Below, one piece after another: positions 1-9,644 of a stretch of DNA of 36,618 nucleotides. How positions within the stretch are numbered: the first letter of the stretch is position 1; every line of letters starts with the position of its first letter. The translations under genes and the position numbers were made by a program. Origin of the DNA: Candidatus Hermodarchaeota archaeon (GTDB lineage: Archaea > Asgardarchaeota > Hermodarchaeia > Hermodarchaeales > Hermodarchaeaceae); contig JAEOUH010000028.1 of assembly GCA_016839365.1 (NCBI GenBank), forward strand, positions 1-36,618. Reading direction: 5' to 3'. The notes beneath the pieces are model-generated. The model made no database searches. It had not been told where the DNA came from and was given only the letters and a program-made list of their open reading frames with translations.

Positions 1-129
1 GGTGCCCGTGGAGAGATCATCAAAGCCCCGCACACGAACCCGCTGCCGAAGTAGGGCATCCACCAGATGGCTGCCCACGAAGCCTGCCGCACCCGTTACT
101 AGCACCGTCCGCCGTGGATCTGTCGTCAT
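1..129 (-). CDS. NAD-dependent epimerase/dehydratase (extended SDR, GalE-like), 5' part; runs off the window
   Basis: Not in ORF track. Manual translation from ATG at 129: MTTDPRRTVLVTGAAGFVGSHLVDALLRQRVRVRGFDDLSTGT, containing the VLVTGxxGFxGSHL Rossmann motif and DDLSTG typical of NDP-sugar epimerases. Confidence 0.9.
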   Translation of the reverse strand, partial: MTTDPRRTVLVTGAAGFVGSHLVDALLRQRVRVRGFDDLSTGT

Positions 130-278
130 GGGGTCCCCCCAGCCTCTGCCCCTTCCCTCCTGCACCCTTTATGCTTTATGCTTGTCCCCGCCAGAAAGGG
201 ATAAGGTAAGCAGCAACGCTTAAAAGGCAGGATTCGCACCCACCACCTACTCCTCAACCGTACATGAGGTCGCCGATC

Positions 279-683
279 ATGGTCAAAAAATTCACTTACC
301 GCGGATTCGAACTCGACGAGCTGCAACGCATGCCCATGGACCAGTTCATCAACCTGCTCCCCGCCCGGCAACGCCGCAGCCTCAAACGCGGCCTACCCCC
401 CCGCCAAAAGAAGCTCCTCGAACGCCTCCGCAAAACCCGCCAACAGATGGGCCGAGGCAACCCCCCCATGATCCGCACCCACAACCGCGACATGATCATC
501 CTCCCCGAAATGGTCGGCCTCACCCTCGGCATCCACAACGGCAAAGAATTCCTCCCCCTCGACATCAAAGTCGAACACATCGGCCACTACCTCGGCGAAT
601 ACGCCCCCACCAACAAAGCCGTCCGCCACGGCAACCCCGGCATCGGCGCCACACGCGGAAGCCAATATGTACCCCTTAAATAA
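279..683 (+). CDS. rps19p: 30S ribosomal protein uS19 (archaeal S19P)
   Basis: [62 protein letters not shown]. Start moved to ATG 279 behind TGAGGT SD-like motif. Confidence 0.97.
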   Translation: MVKKFTYRGFELDELQRMPMDQFINLLPARQRRSLKRGLPPRQKKLLERLRKTRQQMGRGNPPMIRTHNRDMIILPEMVGLTLGIHNGKEFLPLDIKVEHIGHYLGEYAPTNKAVRHGNPGIGATRGSQYVPLK

Positions 684-703
684 GGTTTTTGCCTAATTAT
701 TAT

Positions 704-733
704 AATTAAGAATTATTATTTTAATTCTTAATT
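704..733. repeat. Perfect 12-bp inverted repeat with 6-bp spacer in a very AT-rich tract between convergent genes
   Basis: AATTAAGAATTA (704-715) TTATTT TAATTCTTAATT (722-733), read directly. Confidence 0.85.
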
Positions 734-784
734 TTTTTAGTAAGTTAAACTGATATTATGAATTGCTTCGTCATAGGGGGGTGG

Positions 785-2668
785 TCAAGGTTCACTGAGC
801 TGAATTTGGCCTAAGTGGGAGTAGTCATTTAGATCGTGGAAGCTGAGGATAGCTGGTGAGATGGTGTAGAGCACATCGTTGATGTACAGTGACCGGGTGA
901 TGAAGTGTGAACCCCACTGGTAATATTCATCTTGGAGTACTGTGGGGTCCTCGATGTGTGTAATTCGGTGGTGAAGTTCAATGGTTGCGGATTCGGGGTC
1001 GAGATAGAAGATGTAGGCCCCTTGCCAGACGATCTCGCCAAACTCATAGGGGGGATGAGTATTATTGTCTGGGTACTCTGCTAGTAGTACTGGTATTACT
1101 AAGAGTTGTAGGTCCGAATGATAAAGAACTGCATGATGGTCGTCTAGGGCGGGGGATTCTGTACCGCGTACGCCAAGAATCATCTTAGCGCTTTCTTCAG
1201 GTGTGTAGGGATCTGTGGTGTTAAATAAGCTAAGTTTTAGTCCTTGGTAATACCACCAGTTTTCGGTTTCAGAGGCTTGGACGTCTTTTCCGATACCTAA
1301 TAGCTGGTTACCTCCTAGCGGGTGAAGGTAATCAGAGTATCCGGGAATTATCAGTTCCCCTTGGAGTTTGGGTGTGGTGGGATTGGAAAGGTCAATGACA
1401 AAGAGGGGATCCGTTTGCCAGAAGGTCACAAGGAAACATACCGTGGCTTGGAATCGCACAGAGTAGATGCTTTCACCGGGCGCTAAACCTTCGAGAAGTC
1501 CAACAATGGTGAGGGTTTGGTCAAGGACATAGACGTTGCTGACCTGTGTCCATGTTCTCTCAAACAAGGTCGGAGGTGAGGTTTCTATCTGCCTTGTTGT
1601 AGCCACGCGAAGGTGGTCTGCATATTCGTCAAGGGCAAACTGGTTAATTAGTAAACCTGGAACCGCTCCGCTGGCTTCATATGATACCTGCCCCTCATGG
1701 ATGGCAAAGCGGTGTATTGCCGTGGAAGGACCTGAAATGGCGTTACTGCGGAAGGTGAAACGCGATACAGCCAGATACAGATTGACCAAGGATGAATAGA
1801 TCGTGCAAGTGCCTGTTCCGCCCAAGAAGGTTTCAATGGCTGGAGGAGTTTCAGGATTGCTGATGTCAAGAGCTATAATGTGATAGTAGCAGAATCCATA
1901 ATCATAGGATTGAGGATCATAATAGATGGCCTGAGCGGGGATAGTGTGGGTAAAACTTCCTATTTCGATTGATGGCAACAAGATGTTCTCCTGGGGTATC
2001 CCCTCACTCGCAAGGAGGTAAAGATAATTGTCAATGAGACGTGCACTGACGTAATAGTCATCAAGGCTGATTCGTTGAAGTAAGGTAATGGAAGTAGGTT
2101 GAGAAACATCATACACTTCAAGAATAACTTCAAAAGGGTTCCATTCGGGTTCTTGAGTAATGACTTGGCTAATCACGGCCAGCCTTGATGTATCCCAAAG
2201 AAACAAAACAAGAGGTGTTCCTTCGGGATCAATCCAACTGACGATTTGCGCTGTGTCCGCAGGGTACGCTTTTACAACGGCAATCTTCTCTTCTGCAATC
2301 GTGTAGATGTAGGTTCCATCTGTCTTAACAATATCTGGCTCATCAACACCTTCAACTTGGACATTTGTGGTCGAGTACCCTGCTGTGCCTTGCAATCCTC
2401 GGGGCGTATCTCCTGCTGAAAATGTAATCACATCCTCTAATCCCCACCAATAGCCTTGTGGTGGATGATGGCTTTGCACATACCAAGTCAATTCACTATA
2501 TGACCGAAAACGATGTAATTGAACAGGGGAATTAATTTGAGAACCCAAGTAAAGTCCGGTTACCGCGAATCCGCCTACAATCATTGATAATAAAAACAAG
2601 ACTCTTAATGAGGGAACTCGGAATTTCCTTAACCATCTAGCCCCAAATCGGGTCCTTATACGAGACAT
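785..2668 (-). CDS. Secreted/membrane-anchored beta-propeller domain protein (COG4880-like)
   Basis: N-terminal TM followed by family motifs YSTTNVQVEGVDEPDIVKTDG, GLLINQFALDEY, LAPGESIYSVRF, FLVTFxQTDPLFVIDL, GELxIPGYSDYLHP, GLKLSLF. Start uncertain (2668-2734). Confidence 0.88.
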   Translation of the reverse strand: MSRIRTRFGARWLRKFRVPSLRVLFLLSMIVGGFAVTGLYLGSQINSPVQLHRFRSYSELTWYVQSHHPPQGYWWGLEDVITFSAGDTPRGLQGTAGYSTTNVQVEGVDEPDIVKTDGTYIYTIAEEKIAVVKAYPADTAQIVSWIDPEGTPLVLFLWDTSRLAVISQVITQEPEWNPFEVILEVYDVSQPTSITLLQRISLDDYYVSARLIDNYLYLLASEGIPQENILLPSIEIGSFTHTIPAQAIYYDPQSYDYGFCYYHIIALDISNPETPPAIETFLGGTGTCTIYSSLVNLYLAVSRFTFRSNAISGPSTAIHRFAIHEGQVSYEASGAVPGLLINQFALDEYADHLRVATTRQIETSPPTLFERTWTQVSNVYVLDQTLTIVGLLEGLAPGESIYSVRFQATVCFLVTFWQTDPLFVIDLSNPTTPKLQGELIIPGYSDYLHPLGGNQLLGIGKDVQASETENWWYYQGLKLSLFNTTDPYTPEESAKMILGVRGTESPALDDHHAVLYHSDLQLLVIPVLLAEYPDNNTHPPYEFGEIVWQGAYIFYLDPESATIELHHRITHIEDPTVLQDEYYQWGSHFITRSLYINDVLYTISPAILSFHDLNDYSHLGQIQLSEP

Positions 2669-2998
2669 ACACTTACTTCTTATTATCTGGGTCATTAATC
2701 TAAACTTTAGAACACGAAAATTCAGAGTGTTCAATGATTTAGGACACTCAGATTTCCAACGATATGGGTTTGGGTTGGTGTCACGTTATGGCCCGAATGT
2801 TTTTTTGAAGCTGGTGTTGCAGGGATTGGTGGGGATCAGTATCCGGTATATGTTGTGAATCAGAAGGCAAAGCTGGTGAAGCAAAGAGTATTTGATCACG
2901 TCGTAAAAGGGCGGTATCGGTTGGCTGGGTAGGATTTCGATTTGAGTGTGTAACTTTTGGGTAGTGGTCTTAGGAGGTCGAGAAATTAGGGTTACTGG

Positions 2999-3805
2999 CT
3001 AGCTTGAGGGTGTGGTGTCTTTAGCAGCGACTTGCCATTCTTCGGTGAAGAAGACTTTGGTGTATTTGTCTTTCAAGTGGGTTTCGATGTCATGGGTGAG
3101 GCCGAGTTTCCAGATTTGGAGAGATTGGTTGAGGAGGAGGCGTGGGTCGGCTTTGATGGCGATGGTGACGGTTTTGCCTTTGGTGGTGACGGTGAGGGAT
3201 TCTTTGTCGACGCCGGTGAAGCGGCGGTAGAGGAAGGCTTCGAGTTTGTCTTTGGCGCTGGTGAGGCGTTTGGTGACGGTGATATCGTATTCGATGGTGT
3301 GGCCTGCGAGCATGGGGTTGAAGTCGACGGTGACGCGGCCGCCGCCGACGTGGCGGATGGTGCCGGATTGGTTGCCGATGGTGACGCGCATGCCGCGGAC
3401 GAGTTTCTTGTCGGTTTTGATGCGGGCGCGGGGGATGATGCGGACTTGTTGGGAATCACGGAGTCCGAAGGCTTGTTGAGGTTCTAAGGTGACATGTTTA
3501 CTTTCGCCGACGTGCATACCGATGAGGGCATCATCAACGCCGGGGACCATCCAGCCCTGACCGACGATGAGGAGGCGAGGACCGTAGGTGTCTTGTTCGT
3601 CGTAGACGTCTTCGGCTCGGGCGATGTCTTCTTTGGTAGTGTCGAAGAGGCGGTGATCTTCTTGGGTATACCCGACAAAATCAGCTAAAATGAAGTCCCC
3701 TGCTTTGATGGAGGTGGGAGGAGCAGCTTTCTTTGTGGGGGGTTTTGGTTTGGCTTTGGGTTTGGTTGTTTTTGTGGTCTTTTTCGGGGTTTTGGGTTTG
3801 GACAC
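2999..3805 (-). CDS. FKBP-type peptidyl-prolyl cis-trans isomerase (long archaeal SlyD/FKBP26 type) with Lys/Pro-rich N-terminal tail
   Basis: GDFI..DF.G, LFDTT.EDIA, VGQGWMVPGVDDALIGM.VGE, P.QAFG.RD, VTVDFNPMLAG. Confidence 0.93.
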   Translation of the reverse strand: MSKPKTPKKTTKTTKPKAKPKPPTKKAAPPTSIKAGDFILADFVGYTQEDHRLFDTTKEDIARAEDVYDEQDTYGPRLLIVGQGWMVPGVDDALIGMHVGESKHVTLEPQQAFGLRDSQQVRIIPRARIKTDKKLVRGMRVTIGNQSGTIRHVGGGRVTVDFNPMLAGHTIEYDITVTKRLTSAKDKLEAFLYRRFTGVDKESLTVTTKGKTVTIAIKADPRLLLNQSLQIWKLGLTHDIETHLKDKYTKVFFTEEWQVAAKDTTPSS

Positions 3806-3908
3806 GTCGGTTCACCTTGCCAAATGGTACATGTATCAGGCTTGTCCAAGCTTTTATAACAATTCCGTTGATTAGCCTATTTCGTTGATGTGTGTGGTGG
3901 TAGCATCC

Positions 3909-5072
3909 GTGAAGATCTTGATGGTGGTTGAATCACACGGAAAACGGGCGGGTGGTGGACCCCGTTATTGGGCTCAGCTGAGTCAGGGGCTAATACAACG
4001 AGGACATGAGGTCATCATTGTGAGTGGGACTCCTGAGGATGATGAATTTGCGTCTCCGAATACGGTGGGATTATTGCCGGTGGGTTCGAACCTGCGAAGC
4101 CGGTCGGTTTCAACGTTATTTCGTCGATTCCTGTTTAGACGAAGATACGGATCACTGGTGCAAGAATTTGCACGCGAGTGGCAACCGGACATCATACATA
4201 CAGTGCAGCCCATCGCGTCAGAAGCCGCCCTACGTGCGGGGGAGGAATTGGGGGTGCCTGTTGTCGTGTCAGTGTTATCCCATGTGGAGGCACAGTGGTC
4301 ACGGTTGGAGCGGGGAACCGGTCGTGCCCGGCTGTTTCGATTCTTAGAAGCCCGGGCGCTCCAACAACCTTTTACTCGGATAATTTGTTTAACTCATCGC
4401 TCAGAGGAGGTGCTGGTCCAGGAGGGGGTGCCACGAGAGCGGATTGTGTATGTGCCCCATGCTGTTGATGTGTCTAGGTTTCGTTCGGGTGTGGAGCCAA
4501 AGTTACGTAAGCAGCAGAATTTATCGAAGGATGCGTTTGTGATTGGGTATGCGGGAGCTTTGACCGCGGATAAGGGCTTTGATAAGTTACTGGAGGCAGT
4601 AATCCGGTCACAGCCCGTGGACCAGTTGCATTTAATGGTGGCTGGAGAAGCGGTGGGGTATCAGCGGTGGATGGAATTAACCAAAGGCGAAGGTGCAAAG
4701 AAGTTTCACTTTCTTGGGCGTCTTGATCATGGAGAGATGCCCGCGTTTATGGCGTCGTTGGATTTGTTTGTGATTCCTTCTCTAACCGAAACCCTACCCA
4801 CTTCATTGTTGGAAGCCTTAGCCACGGGTACACCGGTGATGGCTTCAGCAGTCGGTGGCGTGGCTGAATTTTTACAAAGCGATTGGGGGATTACCATGGA
4901 GTCTCCAGAACCCGAGGCGATTGCTGAGATCCTGGAAAGTTGGTTACCTCGGCGCACAGAGTTGCAAACGATGGGGAGCCGTGGTCAAGCGTATGTTCAT
5001 GAACACCATAATTGGAACCGTACGACTGAACTGACCGAAGGAGTGTATCTCTCATGTCTGGAGCAACCGTAG
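3909..5072 (+). CDS. Glycosyltransferase family 4 (GT-B)
   Basis: MKILMV...GGG...RGHEV N-terminus, KGFDKLLEA, DLFVIPSLTETLPTSLLEALATGTPVMASAVGG. GTG start at 3909 chosen. Confidence 0.93.
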   Translation: MKILMVVESHGKRAGGGPRYWAQLSQGLIQRGHEVIIVSGTPEDDEFASPNTVGLLPVGSNLRSRSVSTLFRRFLFRRRYGSLVQEFAREWQPDIIHTVQPIASEAALRAGEELGVPVVVSVLSHVEAQWSRLERGTGRARLFRFLEARALQQPFTRIICLTHRSEEVLVQEGVPRERIVYVPHAVDVSRFRSGVEPKLRKQQNLSKDAFVIGYAGALTADKGFDKLLEAVIRSQPVDQLHLMVAGEAVGYQRWMELTKGEGAKKFHFLGRLDHGEMPAFMASLDLFVIPSLTETLPTSLLEALATGTPVMASAVGGVAEFLQSDWGITMESPEPEAIAEILESWLPRRTELQTMGSRGQAYVHEHHNWNRTTELTEGVYLSCLEQP

Positions 5073-6679
5073 AATCAGAGGGAAGTAGCCCGTCTGATCG
5101 GTTTGCCCAAAATATCGTGGCAGAAACCACCACAATTGTGGTGGTAATCCTGTTTGGTATCGTGTCTTCGATTCTGATTGTGCGTGGATTGCCACAGACA
5201 CCGGTCTATGAATTTTATCTTTTTATTTTGGTGTTCACGTGGGTGAATATCCTCATCCCCTTGGGGACCATGGGGATGGATGTGACTTTACGAAGACATG
5301 TCCCTGAGGTAGTCAGTACCCGATCTTCAGCGTTGACGCGCATCATCGGTGTAGCCGTGTTGACAGCCATTGTCACTGGTTTGGGTATCATTGCTGTGAT
5401 GTATGTGTTGGTGGCGCTTTTACCACCGGACTTCTTTGTGCCTGGTTATGCGGTTCCGTTTCTCCAACTAGCCCTCTGGACTGTAGTCTTAACAGCCATT
5501 AGCACCGTGATGCAGGGAGCCTTTCGGGGGATGCAGGAAATGCGATATTGCACCTTTGCTATGGGGTTGTATCATGGGGTGTATGTTGCAGGTCTAGCTA
5601 TCCTGTTTCTGACCGGTATTATGACTTTATTACACGTAATCTTGGTGAACTTTGCGGCATCCGGATTAACAATCGCTTATGAGGCCGGAGTGTTACAACG
5701 ACTTTTTCGAAAGTATCGTAGTGACACGATAGGGGAAGCAAGGGTTGCTTCTATCCGACCAATGGCGTCGACAGCATCACAAGCACTGGTACTTGCCCTT
5801 CTGGGAACCATATTGCTTTATGTACCGATTCTTATTGCCAATATACATCGCACCTCCGATGTGGTTTTGGCAGGGTTGGGATTAGCGTTAAGTGTGGCTG
5901 TTTGGATTCAGCAGGGATTATCGGCTCCTTTTCGGGTGTTGATGCCACGGGCTGCTGGTGATGCGGCACAACGTGCGTGGACCACAATTAAAGAGTATAT
6001 GAGCCGAGCTTGGAAATTTGGTGTGCTACTAGCCGCCTTCGTTGCGGTGGTTTCAGTCTTTTTTGCGGCACCTGTTTTGATTGTGATGTTTGGCACTGAA
6101 GGTATGGTCGCGTTGCCGTTTTTTGTGCTTATGATCGGGAGTTTTCTCATTTATCCATTGATTGTGATGTTTTCAGACACGTTGATTGGGTTGGGGCGTA
6201 TCCGTTCCGTTCTGGCCACTACGGCGGTGTGGACTGTGGTGGTTTTGATAGTGTTGTGGTTTCTTACTCCCGTTTGGCGGGAAGTGGTGGTGGCGCTGAT
6301 TTGGTTGGTGGTCATTCCCTTTTTTGGCGTGTTTTTGGTATTGTATCAGCGACAGACAGAATCGCGTGTGGAGTTGGGGTTCCTTCCCAAGACCTTGGGT
6401 GTATTAGTGATTGTGGCGCTGTGCACGTTTGGGATTATGTGGATTGGATCTGTGGTCATCACAGTCGGGGGGCTTGCTGGCGTGGTTTCGTGGTTATTCC
6501 AGATAGGACTCATTCTAACTGCTGTTCCGTTGGCGATTGTGTATCTGTGGATGCTGATTCGGGGTCGAGTACTTGATGCAGGTGATACATTCGCGTTGCT
6601 TCGGATGAGTGAAGAACTTCATCCAATCTCACGACCAGTCTCGTGGCTTGTCGAACGAATGAGCCGCCGCAATGACTGA
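5054..6679 (+). CDS. Oligosaccharide flippase (Wzx/MurJ/MOP superfamily)
   Basis: About 14 hydrophobic segments, GMDVTLRRHVP and GAFRGMQEMR motifs typical of Wzx-like exporters; overlaps the GT4 stop. Confidence 0.8.
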   Translation: MSGATVESEGSSPSDRFAQNIVAETTTIVVVILFGIVSSILIVRGLPQTPVYEFYLFILVFTWVNILIPLGTMGMDVTLRRHVPEVVSTRSSALTRIIGVAVLTAIVTGLGIIAVMYVLVALLPPDFFVPGYAVPFLQLALWTVVLTAISTVMQGAFRGMQEMRYCTFAMGLYHGVYVAGLAILFLTGIMTLLHVILVNFAASGLTIAYEAGVLQRLFRKYRSDTIGEARVASIRPMASTASQALVLALLGTILLYVPILIANIHRTSDVVLAGLGLALSVAVWIQQGLSAPFRVLMPRAAGDAAQRAWTTIKEYMSRAWKFGVLLAAFVAVVSVFFAAPVLIVMFGTEGMVALPFFVLMIGSFLIYPLIVMFSDTLIGLGRIRSVLATTAVWTVVVLIVLWFLTPVWREVVVALIWLVVIPFFGVFLVLYQRQTESRVELGFLPKTLGVLVIVALCTFGIMWIGSVVITVGGLAGVVSWLFQIGLILTAVPLAIVYLWMLIRGRVLDAGDTFALLRMSEELHPISRPVSWLVERMSRRND

Positions 6680-6694
6680 CACTTGTGGGTTCTA

Positions 6695-7864
6695 TTATTG
6701 GAGAATCTTGTAATATACGGCTTCAAGTGTTCGAGTGGTTGCTTCGCGAGTGAAAGTGTCCATCAACCGCCTCCGACCCGCTTTACCTAGTTCTTCGCGT
6801 AGGTGGGGATTTTGTATCAATCGGATCAATGCGTGTGCAAGCGTTGGGGCATCAGAGGGCGGAACCAAGAGGCCGGTTTTGTCATGCCGGACCACATAGG
6901 GTATACCTCCTACCCTAGTGGCGACCACTGGTTTTTCCTGGGCCATGGCTTCCAACTGAACGACTCCGAAGGCTTCTGATCGTGACCGCGATGGTAATAC
7001 GAAGATATCACAGGCGGTATATGCGTCGCGAAGCCGTCGACGTGACAAGACTCCAAGAAAGTGTACCGCACCTGAGAGGCCTAATTGGGTGCTAAGAGTC
7101 TTGAGAGTAGGCATCAGTGGACCTGATCCAGCTAAAGCTAGGTGGACCTGGGAGTTCTGTTGGTGAACTTGCTTGAAGGCATGGAGTAAGGTGTGCAAAT
7201 CTTTGTAGGGCACTAAGCGTCCCACAAAGAGCAGGAGTGTTGTGTTTGGTTTGAAGTTGAAGCTTTCTTTGGCTTGATGTGGGCTGAGTCTGGATTTGAG
7301 AAAGAATGGATCGACCGTTGCAGGGATTACGGTGGTCTTGTGGAGGAAATCCTGTAAGAATAGTGAAGTGTTCCGATAGAGAGGTGAGGTGACGATGAGC
7401 TGTTGTGCGATGGATGCGACACGTCGACAGGCACGTCGATAGATTTGGTCCAGCCACGTGCGGAAAAAGGGCGTGTTGGCTGCGATATCGCTGATCAGGG
7501 CGTCAGCATGATAGGTGACCACTAGGGGGATCTTCGTTAGTTGACTTGCGAAGGCGGTGATGTCGACTGTCATGGGAGAGTTAATGTGAGCATGAAGGAT
7601 ATCATATCGCTGTCGAGTTAAGGCACGTAAGAGGCTAGGGAGAAGAGGGAAATTAAAAGGGCGGGCGATTGCACGAAGCCGGTGAATATGGATACCCTCA
7701 TATTGCTCAGAAGTGGGAGTATGGGGCACTTTAGCCGTGTAGACTTTGAGGGTGTGCCCGGCATCAACGAGCCCCTTTGCCAAGTTGTATGCGTAGGTTT
7801 CTAAGCCTCCGATAACAGGGTGAAAATCATGGACCACCTGTGTGATGTGTAATCGACGGGTCAT
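6695..7864 (-). CDS. Glycosyltransferase family 4 with PIG-A/WfcD-like N-terminus
   Basis: HDFHPVIGGLETY..NLAKGL...GH, LFVGRLVPYK, DIFVLPSRSRSEAFGVVQLEAMAQEKPVVATRVGG. Confidence 0.95.
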   Translation of the reverse strand: MTRRLHITQVVHDFHPVIGGLETYAYNLAKGLVDAGHTLKVYTAKVPHTPTSEQYEGIHIHRLRAIARPFNFPLLPSLLRALTRQRYDILHAHINSPMTVDITAFASQLTKIPLVVTYHADALISDIAANTPFFRTWLDQIYRRACRRVASIAQQLIVTSPLYRNTSLFLQDFLHKTTVIPATVDPFFLKSRLSPHQAKESFNFKPNTTLLLFVGRLVPYKDLHTLLHAFKQVHQQNSQVHLALAGSGPLMPTLKTLSTQLGLSGAVHFLGVLSRRRLRDAYTACDIFVLPSRSRSEAFGVVQLEAMAQEKPVVATRVGGIPYVVRHDKTGLLVPPSDAPTLAHALIRLIQNPHLREELGKAGRRRLMDTFTREATTRTLEAVYYKILQ

Positions 7865-7884
7865 GTCCTTTCACCCAAACCGAT

Positions 7885-8388
7885 TCAGAGTCCTGTGACA
7901 TTCATGGGTAGATGGACCCAAAGGCCCCGGCCTAATGGCTCGCGGATCCAAACAATCTCGTTCGCTGTTGGGTCATAGCGCCATAATTCAAAGGTCAAGC
8001 GATAATTGATTCCCGGAGTAGTCATATTAAGGGTTACTGGGAAACGCCAGGTTCCGCCATTGGGGACAAGTCTTTCGAATTGCTGAAGGGTGGGCGCAGA
8101 GGAGGGAGTGGTGGCGGTGGTCATGGTGGTCTCGTTGGCGAGTTTCATGCGCACATATAGGTACTGGACGACACCCATATAGTTGGACACTTCAATATTC
8201 AGGGTAATATTGGTGTTCACAGTGACATTGGTAGGGTAGGGTCCTGCTTGCATATCTTCATTGAGCATGGCAATTGAGGGAGTGGGTTCAGCAGGGGGCA
8301 GAAACCATACCGACACCAAGAGTGAGCCAGTGGCTAAGACAATGCCAAACATGATGATGGTGAGGATTGTTTGAGTGAATTTTCTCAT
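7885..8388 (-). CDS. DUF1616-like protein, C-terminal extracellular (Ig-like) module with one N-terminal TM
   Basis: YPTNVTV...ITLNIEVSNYMG.VQY.YVRMKL, W.FPVTL, YRLTFELW.YD, WVHL.MNVT; several NxS/T sequons. Confidence 0.7.
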   Translation of the reverse strand: MRKFTQTILTIIMFGIVLATGSLLVSVWFLPPAEPTPSIAMLNEDMQAGPYPTNVTVNTNITLNIEVSNYMGVVQYLYVRMKLANETTMTTATTPSSAPTLQQFERLVPNGGTWRFPVTLNMTTPGINYRLTFELWRYDPTANEIVWIREPLGRGLWVHLPMNVTGL

Positions 8389-8924
8389 GATTGTTCCTCC
8401 TCCTCATCATCGGGAAGCCGGATTTCCAATTGTAAAAATTCGCGCTGTTTCTGTTTACGGTACTGCTGCCAACGGCTAAGGGCAAAGTAACTTGCAAGAA
8501 TTGAAATTAGAATGACAGCAAAGATAAACACGATTTGGGCCTGAACTTGTGCAGTGGTTGTGACACCGCGCAGATAGGCTTCGTTGCTCACGGCGTTTGC
8601 GGTGGATTCTGCATTTTCAGCCAATGTGATAGCTGTGGCATAGTCTGCTGCCGTGTAGGCGTTGCGGGCTTGGTTCAGCTCTGTGATAGCGCCATTAAGT
8701 GTTCCGATGAGATCGGTAATCGATGAACCAGCGTTATCGGCGAAGACCAGGTTGATATAAGCGGCATTGATGGCGCTTTGTGCTGTGTCAATGGCCTGCA
8801 GTGCCTGGCTGGGCTGGGAATGGGTCGCAGCGACGGGAGATATTCTAAACCCTTGCAAAAATAGCCCTTGGCTCATTGCTAGAAGAGGGATAACCAAGAT
8901 CAAAACGAAATAGCGACGCTGCAT
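8385..8924 (-). CDS. Hypothetical type-I membrane protein (signal peptide, Ala-rich helical bundle, C-terminal TM, basic then acidic tail)
   Basis: Composition; 4-bp ATGA overlap with the downstream DUF1616 gene. Confidence 0.75.
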   Translation of the reverse strand: MQRRYFVLILVIPLLAMSQGLFLQGFRISPVAATHSQPSQALQAIDTAQSAINAAYINLVFADNAGSSITDLIGTLNGAITELNQARNAYTAADYATAITLAENAESTANAVSNEAYLRGVTTTAQVQAQIVFIFAVILISILASYFALSRWQQYRKQKQREFLQLEIRLPDDEEEEQS

Positions 8925-8972
8925 ATGATTCGAGAGAATAGGGGACTCAAAGGTTAAAAGAATCTTTGCTTA

Positions 8973-9635
8973 ATGATGACCGCGGATGGACTCTTCATGC
9001 TGCTTCGTGAAAAAGACACCTATGTTCCCGAAACCGTTAGAGAACTAATCCTCGAAGCGCTTCGCAGTCGCCGTTTTTCCACCGTCCAGGAAGTTGTGGC
9101 GGACCTGAAAACCAAAGGGGTGCCAGAAGAGGTAACAACCCGCATGATTAAGGACCTTGCTCAAGAAGGGCAACTGCTTTTGAACTTGCCTGGCGCTTCT
9201 GATGGAACCGTGATGACACCTGTAGCAAACCTTTGGGCCTATTTGCGCAGTACGCTGGCGTTGGATCTGTGGGTCACTTTACTTTTATTGGTGCTTGGGG
9301 TCGCAACGGTCTTTTTCATCCCTGTGGAGATGTTTCCTGCAGTGGTGTTGCGGTGGATATTTGGAGGGTTACTGCTGGTTTTTGTGCCCGGATTTGGATT
9401 TATTCGTGCTCTGTTCCCCTTTGAACGCTTTATTGACCGCTGGGAAAGGCTTGCGCTCTCGTGTGGCTTAAGCATTGCTTTGGCGGTGTTGGTGGCTTTT
9501 GGCTTGAATTTTACTCCATTTGGGATTACCCTTGTTCCCACGACCATTGTGCTTGCTGTGATTACCGTGCTGAGTATTTTGATTGCCACCGTCCGGCGGG
9601 CACGTGTTCTCATCGCTTCCAGTCCCAGTGAATAA
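8973..9635 (+). CDS. DUF1616-like membrane module with short soluble (possibly wHTH-like) N-terminal domain
   Basis: RWIFG...VFVPGF..IRALFP...ID.WERLALS.GLSIAL...GLNFTPFGI is the DUF1616 membrane signature. Confidence 0.8.
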   Translation: MMTADGLFMLLREKDTYVPETVRELILEALRSRRFSTVQEVVADLKTKGVPEEVTTRMIKDLAQEGQLLLNLPGASDGTVMTPVANLWAYLRSTLALDLWVTLLLLVLGVATVFFIPVEMFPAVVLRWIFGGLLLVFVPGFGFIRALFPFERFIDRWERLALSCGLSIALAVLVAFGLNFTPFGITLVPTTIVLAVITVLSILIATVRRARVLIASSPSE

Positions 9636-9644
9636 ACTGAGCCT

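Noticed and set aside
704-733. Canonical dif site
   Set aside because: Arm/spacer geometry fits, but the inner bases are TTA-N6-TAA rather than the TAA-N6-TTA of known dif sites; it may simply be a bidirectional terminator.
3012-3875. Several antisense/alternative-frame ORFs over the FKBP gene (likewise over ribosomal and other genes)
   Set aside because: Shadows of biased codon usage in well-supported genes; no motifs of their own.
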